Shown: piece by piece, positions 45,241 to 51,815 of the stretch | Layout: every line of letters begins with the position of its first letter | How positions within the stretch are numbered: position 1 is the stretch's first letter | Assembly: GCA_037189785.1 (NCBI GenBank) | Contig: JBBCIP010000173.1 | Location: 1 to 51,815 of the forward strand | DNA from: Alphaproteobacteria bacterium | GTDB lineage: Bacteria > Pseudomonadota > Alphaproteobacteria > Sphingomonadales > Govanellaceae | Direction of reading: 5' to 3' | Length of the DNA: 51,815 nucleotides | Program-made: the position numbers and the translations under genes | The notes under the pieces: model-generated | Databases searched by the model: none | What the model was told of the DNA's origin: nothing | Seen by the model: only the letters and a program-made list of their open reading frames with translations

Positions 45241-47130
45241 TTAATCCGCAACAACACGCACGGCGATAAGCCCGCGTAAGCTGTTGCCCAAATAAACACG
45301 ATCGGCAGCGTATAAATCGGCAGGTGTCAAGCGCGCTTCCTGGGCGCGACCGCTGGCCAATAATTCAGCGCGCAACACCCCCGGCAACACGCCGGTACTG
45401 AGCGGCGGGGTCAGCAATAGGCCGTCGCGTTCCACAAACACGGATGTAAAACTGCCTTCGGTGACCTCGCCATGGATATTGGTGAGAATAGCGTCGAAGC
45501 AAGGGCCTTTGGCTTGCGCCTGCTTGAGTGCGGCTTGATAAAACCCACGGGCCGATGTCTTGTGATAGAGCAAAGGATTGCTCGGCTCGACCACGATGGA
45601 GCTGAGCCGCGCGATAGGGAGATCTGACCCGGCGACGACAGCGGGGAGTGCTGCGGCTGTGATTGTTGTGTTCCCGGCCATGTCACACAGAATACGAATG
45701 CGCTGTGGGGTGTGCGGTAGATCGCGGGCAAAGTCATCGAGCTTGTGTTCTAGCCCCGTGCGGTCAAGGCGAAAGCCAAAAAATGCAGCCGATGCCGCAA
45801 GGCGTGTCAGATGCGCGTCGCGCCGCTGGTAGCCGTTGTCCTTCGACCACAGCAAAGTTTCGATCAAATCAAACTCAGGCACTGGATGCGTGAGAAACCG
45901 CGCTTTCAACAGGCATTCGGCATATTCATCTGCGGCCACGGAATCAACAACGATACCGCTGCCGATGCCGAGCTGCCCGTGCCATCGGCGCGGCCGATCC
46001 TGAGTCAGCGTCATGGTGCGGATCGGCACACTGAAGCAAAAGTCACGATCCGGTGTGACATAGCCGATGGTGCCGGTGTAGACGCCGCGCGGCTGCTGTT
46101 CGAGCGCGCGGATGATTTCCATGGCGCGAATTTTTGGCGCCCCGGTGACCGAGCCGCATGGATATAAGCTTTGAAAGAAATCAACAAGCGGTAAATCCGG
46201 GGCGACCTCGGCGGTCACGGTCGAGGTCATTTGCAGCAAGCTGCGATAGCGTTCGACGGTAAACAGGTGTGGTGTTTCGACACTGGCCGGTGCGGCGATG
46301 CGGCTGAGATCATTGCGCAACAAATCGACGATCATGACATTTTCCGCCCGCTGTTTGGGGTCGGTCATGAGTGTGCGCGCCGCGTCATCATCGCTGGCCT
46401 GGTCGCGGCCGCGTGGGGCGGTGCCCTTCATCGGGCGCGCGGTCAGGGTGGTGCCGCGTTTTTCGATGAACAGTTCCGGCGACAACGAAATGATGTCGCC
46501 CGTAGCGTCGTGGATCCACGCGCCATAGGCGACCGGTTGACTGCGGCGCAGGCGGCGAAACAACGCTTCCGTTGTGCCATCCATGGTGAAGGTCAGGGGA
46601 AATGTAAAATTGGCCTGATAAATATCCCCGGCGTTCAAATAGTCATGAATGCGCCCGATGGCGGCGGCATAGGCGCTGGCGTCCAGGCTTGGGCGCAGGT
46701 CGCGGACGACACAGGGATCGAGCGCGTTGTGGCGGATAGGATCGAGCCGTTCGCTGACCGCACGCGCCGTCAACCGTTCGAGTGCCGGAAAGATGCCGAA
46801 CCACAGCAACGGTCGCGGTGACGGCGGCAAAAGACCGCGCAGTTTGGGTTCGAACACATAGCCAAGCTCATAGGCGCACCAACCGGCAATATGATGGCCC
46901 TGGGCCAGCGCTGCTTCGAGCGTGGCGAAGGCGTGCGGGACGGCATCAGGATCGCTGCAGCTGACAATCTCGATGGCATTCTGGAACAGCAGCGATCCGT
47001 GATCGTCAGCCTCGACATTGCCCTTGCCTTCGCCTTTGCCTTGGCTTTGGCCATTCGTTCCGATTTCGATGCGGCTATTATCGAGCAGGACGAACGGTGA
47101 TGAAGAAGAGGGGACGATCATAATATCCAA
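45241..47130 (-). CDS. pabB: Aminodeoxychorismate synthase component I fused to a class-IV aminotransferase-fold ADC lyase (PabB-PabC)
   Basis: GDIYQANFT, SPELF, PMKGT, AENVMIVDLLRNDL, PCGSVTGAPK, then LIETL...HL.RL...HKT..R...EGS...GVLPGV.R. Start may be ATG 47121. Confidence 0.92.
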   Translation of the reverse strand: MDIMIVPSSSSPFVLLDNSRIEIGTNGQSQGKGEGKGNVEADDHGSLLFQNAIEIVSCSDPDAVPHAFATLEAALAQGHHIAGWCAYELGYVFEPKLRGLLPPSPRPLLWFGIFPALERLTARAVSERLDPIRHNALDPCVVRDLRPSLDASAYAAAIGRIHDYLNAGDIYQANFTFPLTFTMDGTTEALFRRLRRSQPVAYGAWIHDATGDIISLSPELFIEKRGTTLTARPMKGTAPRGRDQASDDDAARTLMTDPKQRAENVMIVDLLRNDLSRIAAPASVETPHLFTVERYRSLLQMTSTVTAEVAPDLPLVDFFQSLYPCGSVTGAPKIRAMEIIRALEQQPRGVYTGTIGYVTPDRDFCFSVPIRTMTLTQDRPRRWHGQLGIGSGIVVDSVAADEYAECLLKARFLTHPVPEFDLIETLLWSKDNGYQRRDAHLTRLAASAAFFGFRLDRTGLEHKLDDFARDLPHTPQRIRILCDMAGNTTITAAALPAVVAGSDLPIARLSSIVVEPSNPLLYHKTSARGFYQAALKQAQAKGPCFDAILTNIHGEVTEGSFTSVFVERDGLLLTPPLSTGVLPGVLRAELLASGRAQEARLTPADLYAADRVYLGNSLRGLIAVRVVAD

Positions 47131-47203
47131 ACTGTGTTGCGCTTGGTTGCAGCATAGGGCTGCGGCATAGGGAAGTTTCAGGGGTACGTCAAGATTAGGC
47201 TGT

Positions 47204-47671
47204 TTAAACCGGCAGGCTGGTGGTGTAACTGACCTGTTTCAGGGCGAAGCTTGAGCGAATGCTGGCGACGCCCGGAATCCGGGTCAGGGTTGATTTCAGG
47301 AAACTTTCATAGGACTCGAGATTCGGCACCACGACCCGGATTTGGTAATCGACTTCCCCGGTCATCAAATAACACTCCATGATCTCGGGGCAGCGTTTGA
47401 TGGCGGCTTCGAACCGGTCGAGATAATCTTCGGTTTGGCGTTCGAGGCTGACGCGGACGAAGACGGTCAGGGTCATGCCGACCGCTTCGGGGTTTACGAG
47501 CGCCACATAATCGCCGATAACTCCGTTGACTTCCAGGGCCCGGACCCGACGCAGGCACGGCGACGGCGACAAGCCGACCGCGTCCGCCAACTCGATATTG
47601 GTCATCCGACCATTCTTCTGGAGTGTTTGCAGAATTCGGCGGTCAATTTGGTCTAATTCGACCTTTGGCAT
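47204..47671 (-). CDS. Lrp/AsnC-family regulator, divergent from the 2-oxoacid dehydrogenase genes
   Basis: LDQIDRRILQTLQKNGRMTNIELADAVGLSPSPCLRRV, ECYLMTGEVDY. Start ATG 47671. Confidence 0.95.
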   Translation of the reverse strand: MPKVELDQIDRRILQTLQKNGRMTNIELADAVGLSPSPCLRRVRALEVNGVIGDYVALVNPEAVGMTLTVFVRVSLERQTEDYLDRFEAAIKRCPEIMECYLMTGEVDYQIRVVVPNLESYESFLKSTLTRIPGVASIRSSFALKQVSYTTSLPV

Positions 47672-47821
47672 TTCAGAATACCTTCTTTGTATATTGCGCA
47701 ATATAGTTGCTATAAATGGTCTTTCTGTGCACAAATTAGCAAGCACATGCGGCCTCGTCCACGCTAAAAGAATAGTGGCTTTCGTATAAAGGGCATTTTT
47801 CTTGAGCGGGAGGGACATCCA

Positions 47822-50230
47822 ATGGCCAAATCCGAAGCAAAGGCAGCACCAAACAAACCTAATCGGGCGCCAATTACCAATCAGGCGCCAATTAATCGTG
47901 TGCCGGGTGTAGACTTAGACCAGTTAGAGTTGATTGAGCTTCTGGATAAGAAGGTGCAATGGCTGTCGGCCTGGACCATCCATCATGCCAATCATGTGCG
48001 GCCGAGCCGGGATGGCCTAAAGGTCGGCGGGCATCAGGCCTCGAGCGCGTCCTTGGCCCAGGTCATGGCCGCCCTCTATTTCAGTGTGCTGAAGCCCGAG
48101 GATCGGATCGCCGTTAAGCCCCATGCCAGCCCGGTGTTCCATGCCATCCAATATTTGTTCGGCAATCAGTCCCGCGATCAGTTGGAATTGTTTCGTGGGT
48201 TGGGTGGGGCGCAGTCTTATCCATCGCGCAGCAAAGACAAGGACGATGTGGATTTTTCCACGGGTTCGGTCGGCTTGGGCGTGGCGATCACTGCGTTTGC
48301 CTCGATCGCCCAAGATTACTTGCAGTCCAAAGGCTGGCTGGCCGATGAAAAAGTCGGTCGCATGATCGCGCTGATGGGTGATGCCGAATTGGATGAAGGC
48401 AATATTTATGAAGCCTTGATCGAAGGGGTGAAGCACGAATTGCGCAACACCTGGTGGATCATCGATTACAATCGCCAATCGTTGGACTCGGTCACGTCCG
48501 ATCGTATGTTCACGCGCTACGACGATATTTTCCGCACCGCCGGATGGAAAGTTGAAATCCTGAAATACGGAAAATTGCAGCAAGCCGCGTTTGAGAAACC
48601 CGGTGGCCAGCATTTGCGGGAGTGGATCGACAATGCACCGAATTCGCTGTACTCGGCCTTGACCTATAAAGGCGGCGCAGCATTTCGCGAGCGCATTTTG
48701 GAAGACATCGGATCGCAGCCGAAAGTCAAAGATCTGTTGGCGAGCTATGATGACGAGGCGCTGCTGGAGGTGATGACCAATTTGGGTGGTCATGATCTCG
48801 AGCTGCTGTTGGAAACATTCCACAATGTCGATGACGATCAGCCACGCTGCTTTATTGCCTATACCGTTAAAGGCCGCGGCCTGCCGTTCCAAGGCCATAA
48901 AGATAATCACGCTGGCCTGATGAATCCGACGCAGATGGAAGAACTGCGCAAACGGATGGGCATTGAGCCCGGTCAGGAATGGGAACCGTTCGCCGGGATG
49001 GAATCCCGGGCGGAAGAGCTCGGAAAATTTTTAGAGACAGTGCCGTTCGTCAACAAACGTAATCGTCGTCATGATGCGCCACGCTATGCCGTGCCGGATG
49101 ATTTCCCGTGCCCGGCGGGCGACGTGCAAGCGACCCAAGTGGCGTTCGGGAAGATCATGCATGATCTGGCCAAAGGCGACAGCGAATTGGCGGCGCGGAT
49201 CGTGACGACATCGCCGGATGTGACGGTGTCGACCAACCTGGGCGGTTGGGTCAATCAGCGTGGCATTTTCAATCGTCGTCCGGTCAGCGATGTGTTCAAA
49301 GATGAAAACGTGATCTCGCCGCAACGCTGGGTGATGACGCCCAATGGGCAGCATGTGGAACTTGGTATTGCCGAAAATAATTTGTTCTTGGTGCTGGGGG
49401 CGCTCGGCATGACCGGATCTTTGTTCGGCGAACGGTTGCTGCCGGTCGGAACATTATATGATCCGTTCATCTGTCGCGGTTTGGACGCGTTGAATTATGC
49501 GTGTTACCAAGATGCGCGGTTTATGATGGTGGCAACACCGGCCGGAATTACCTTGGCCCCTGAAGGCGGCGCGCATCAATCGATCAATACGCCGGTCATT
49601 GGGATGGCCCAGGATAAACTGGTGACGTTCGAGCCGGCTTATGTAGATGAGCTCAGCGCGATCATGCGCTGGGGCTTCGATTACATGCAACAAGACGATG
49701 GTGGGTCGGTGTATTTGCGATTGTCGACGCGGGCTATTCCGCAAATCAACCGTGATCGGGATGATTGGGCCGATGATGTGCTGGCCGGTGCCTATTGGCA
49801 GGTTGAGCCGAGCGACGATGCCGAGGTCGCCATCGTGTACAGCGGTGTGTTGGCGCCCGAAGCGTTGCGGGCGTTGGCGGTGTTGCGGGACGATGTGCCC
49901 GGCGCCGGATTGTTGGCGGTGCCGTCGGCCGACTTGTGCCACGCCGGATGGAGCAAAAGTTTGCGCCATCGCCAAACGCACGGCGGTCGCGAGGTTAGCC
50001 ATATTGAACGCTTGCTGAGCAAACTCGCGCCCGGCAGCGCGTTGGTCACGGTGACCGATGGATCACCGTTGTCGTTATCATGGCTCGGTTCGGTGCGGGG
50101 ACATCGTGTTGTGCCGCTCGGGGTCGAGCATTTCGGTCAGTCCGGTGATATTCTGGATTTGTATCGCGTCTATCGCTTGGATGACGAGGCGATCTTGGAT
50201 GCTTGCGCCACGGCATTGTTGAAGTACTGA
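47822..50230 (+). CDS. Homodimeric (AceE/MdeB-type) pyruvate/2-oxoacid dehydrogenase E1 component
   Basis: KVGGHQASSAS, FSTGSVGLG, ThDP motif GDAELDEG...N, ELGIAENN, EGGAHQS, FGQSG. Confidence 0.9.
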   Translation: MAKSEAKAAPNKPNRAPITNQAPINRVPGVDLDQLELIELLDKKVQWLSAWTIHHANHVRPSRDGLKVGGHQASSASLAQVMAALYFSVLKPEDRIAVKPHASPVFHAIQYLFGNQSRDQLELFRGLGGAQSYPSRSKDKDDVDFSTGSVGLGVAITAFASIAQDYLQSKGWLADEKVGRMIALMGDAELDEGNIYEALIEGVKHELRNTWWIIDYNRQSLDSVTSDRMFTRYDDIFRTAGWKVEILKYGKLQQAAFEKPGGQHLREWIDNAPNSLYSALTYKGGAAFRERILEDIGSQPKVKDLLASYDDEALLEVMTNLGGHDLELLLETFHNVDDDQPRCFIAYTVKGRGLPFQGHKDNHAGLMNPTQMEELRKRMGIEPGQEWEPFAGMESRAEELGKFLETVPFVNKRNRRHDAPRYAVPDDFPCPAGDVQATQVAFGKIMHDLAKGDSELAARIVTTSPDVTVSTNLGGWVNQRGIFNRRPVSDVFKDENVISPQRWVMTPNGQHVELGIAENNLFLVLGALGMTGSLFGERLLPVGTLYDPFICRGLDALNYACYQDARFMMVATPAGITLAPEGGAHQSINTPVIGMAQDKLVTFEPAYVDELSAIMRWGFDYMQQDDGGSVYLRLSTRAIPQINRDRDDWADDVLAGAYWQVEPSDDAEVAIVYSGVLAPEALRALAVLRDDVPGAGLLAVPSADLCHAGWSKSLRHRQTHGGREVSHIERLLSKLAPGSALVTVTDGSPLSLSWLGSVRGHRVVPLGVEHFGQSGDILDLYRVYRLDDEAILDACATALLKY

Positions 50231-50244
50231 GGGGGAGGTTTGTT

Positions 50245-51492
50245 ATGTCCATAGAAATTCGCATGCCCGCTTTGTCGCCGACAATGGAAAAAGGCAACTT
50301 GGCAAAATGGTTGATCAAGCAAGGGGACAGCATCAAATCCGGTGACATCATCGCCGAGATCGAAACCGATAAAGCGACGATGGAAGTGGAAGCGGCCGAT
50401 GATGGGACGGTCGGGCAGCTTGTCGTTGATGCAGGGACCGCCGATGTGCCGGTCGGCACGGTGATTGCGGTGTTGCTGGGTGACGGTGAAGCTCCAGCTC
50501 CAGCTCCAGCACCTACAAAAACGGAAACTGCGCAATCAACATCCGCAAAAACGGCGGCGAAAAGCAACGGATCATCCTCGCCCGCAGTCACAAACGATGT
50601 TTCCCACGATCGGTCATTAATTTCTCCGTTGGCCCTGCGGATTGCGCAGCAAAGCGGCATTGAAATTTCCAGCATCCAAGGCAGCGGTCCGGGTGGTCGG
50701 ATCATCAAGCGTGATTTGCATGGCGCTGCGCCGGTGATTACGCCACAGACGATAACGGCAACAGCACAGGCCCCCACGCGCCATGCCGCGCCGGTGTTCA
50801 CTGCGCCGGATATGCCGCATGAGGAGATGAAACTATCCGGCATGCGGCGGGTGATCGCTGAGCGGCTGACGGACTCCAAACAAAATATTCCGCATTTTTA
50901 CATGACAGTCGATGTGCGGATGGACAAGCTGTTGACGCTTCGCAAAGACTTGAACGATGATGGCGGCGTTAAGCTGTCGGTCAATGATTTGATCATCAAA
51001 GCTTTGGCGGTGGCGTTGCAAAAGACCCCCGATGCCAATGTGCAATTCGGTGGCGACAAACTGTATCGCCTGAAGCGTGTAGATGTGTCGGTCGCGGTGG
51101 CGATCGAAGGCGGTTTGGTGACGCCGGTGGTGCGTGATGCGGCGGCGAAAGGCTTGGCGGCTATTTCCAACGACATGCGCGACATGGTGGAAAAAGCGAA
51201 AAGCGGCAAACTGCTGCCTGAAGATTACAAAGGCGGCGGTATTTCCTTATCCAACCTCGGCATGTTCGGGATCAAACAATTCGAGGCCGTGATCAATCCA
51301 CCCCAGGCGGCAATCCTGGCCGTCGGCGCGTCGGACCAACGTGCCGTGGTCACGGATGGTACCATTCAAATCGCAACGATCATGGAGGCGACTTTATCCT
51401 GCGATCACCGCGCCATTGATGGTGCAGTTGGGGCCGCGTTGCTGTGCGCCTTTAAAGCGATTGTGGAAGACCCGTTGAAGCTGATGCTGTGA
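50245..51492 (+). CDS. pdhC: Dihydrolipoamide acetyltransferase (E2)
   Basis: Lipoyl domain MPALSPTMEKG...EIETDKATME, E3-binding GSGPGGRIIKRD, catalytic DHRAIDGA. ATG 50245 with GGAGG RBS. Confidence 0.93.
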   Translation: MSIEIRMPALSPTMEKGNLAKWLIKQGDSIKSGDIIAEIETDKATMEVEAADDGTVGQLVVDAGTADVPVGTVIAVLLGDGEAPAPAPAPTKTETAQSTSAKTAAKSNGSSSPAVTNDVSHDRSLISPLALRIAQQSGIEISSIQGSGPGGRIIKRDLHGAAPVITPQTITATAQAPTRHAAPVFTAPDMPHEEMKLSGMRRVIAERLTDSKQNIPHFYMTVDVRMDKLLTLRKDLNDDGGVKLSVNDLIIKALAVALQKTPDANVQFGGDKLYRLKRVDVSVAVAIEGGLVTPVVRDAAAKGLAAISNDMRDMVEKAKSGKLLPEDYKGGGISLSNLGMFGIKQFEAVINPPQAAILAVGASDQRAVVTDGTIQIATIMEATLSCDHRAIDGAVGAALLCAFKAIVEDPLKLML

Positions 51493-51500
51493 CACACCAG

Positions 51501-51815
51501 TCACAGTAGTTTCAGCAGACCGCTCACCGCCGCAATTACGATCAGTGTCATGGTGCCGATGATGCCGATCGCCCGCGGTGGGTTTGGGGCTTTGCGCATC
51601 AACAGGCCGATGACATGGGATAAACGACAGACCACGAATGCGCCGCCCAAGATGTAAAGAAACTGGGCCGATTGCCCGGCTGCTTCCAATAAAGCTAAGA
51701 GAATCAAGAATATGGGTGTGTATTCGGCGAAATTCCCGTGAATTCTGATCCAGGTTTCGAGGGTTTTGTCGTTGCCGTGACCGATGCTGACCCGATTCTT
51801 GAACCGCGCGCGGAT
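51501..51815 (-). CDS. MAPEG family membrane protein (5' partial)
   Basis: Frame is open to the window end: ...RVSIGHGNDKTLETWIRIHGNFAEYTPIFLILLALLE...RLSHVIG. Confidence 0.85.
   Translation of the reverse strand: MRARFKNRVSIGHGNDKTLETWIRIHGNFAEYTPIFLILLALLEAAGQSAQFLYILGGAFVVCRLSHVIGLLMRKAPNPPRAIGIIGTMTLIVIAAVSGLLKLL

Noticed and set aside
2525-50245. Over-extended starts in the ORF track (4213, 5109, 9365, 12995, 15604, 19139, 27609, 34508, 38579, 40365, 43927, 47818, 50203)
   Set aside because: Downstream ATGs have better RBS or ATGA coupling and match family N-termini; the extensions overlap neighbours or promoters.
180-51209. Numerous antisense or alternate-frame ORFs (e.g. 1634..2206-, 9929..10609-, 19658..20389-, 35265..36062-, 48017..48910-, 50046..50879-)
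   Set aside because: They overlap well-supported genes, show no recognisable motifs, and are expected shadows of GC-rich codon usage.

Overview
Chromosomal window of an alphaproteobacterium (about 55% GC by eye; lptCAB-rpoN-hpf-ptsN in typical order). I see no rRNA, tRNA, CRISPR, transposase or phage genes. (1) 1-18.5 kb: an uncharacterised, probably catabolic island with a flavin amine oxidase, a lone IorA/CoxS-type 2Fe-2S subunit, two paralogous SAM methyltransferases, two paralogous ~110-aa unknown proteins, a Rieske oxygenase, a nitrilase-fold protein lacking the catalytic Cys, a beta-propeller protein, an Opp/Dpp ABC system with a second binding protein, a GntR(UTRA) regulator, an MFS transporter and a Tat-signal VOC protein. 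A CATTAT-core motif recurs in four of its promoter regions. (2) 18.5-20.4 kb: marR, DUF1428 and a VOC gene. (3) 20.4-29.9 kb: a linalool dehydratase/isomerase-like gene and an SCO - Zn alcohol dehydrogenase - CoA ligase - aldehyde dehydrogenase - TonB receptor operon, linked by a shared 37-bp promoter/operator and flanking a TetR gene. The TetR and the alcohol dehydrogenase each carry one in-frame TAA where a Tyr is expected. (4) 29.9-51.8 kb: mostly housekeeping: lrp-alr-dadA, peroxiredoxin, rnd-lptCAB-rpoN-hpf-ptsN, REP-like palindromes, DUF1150, and a small HSP with a sigma32 promoter, ROSE-like thermometer and probable ATT start. Then a SPOR/TPR - RHH - ParA / Sel1-SPOR cassette, a pabB-pabC fusion, lrp with 2-oxoacid dehydrogenase E1 and E2, and a partial MAPEG gene. 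The best candidates for an undescribed system are regions (3) and (1). All family calls come from motif recognition; no database search was run.
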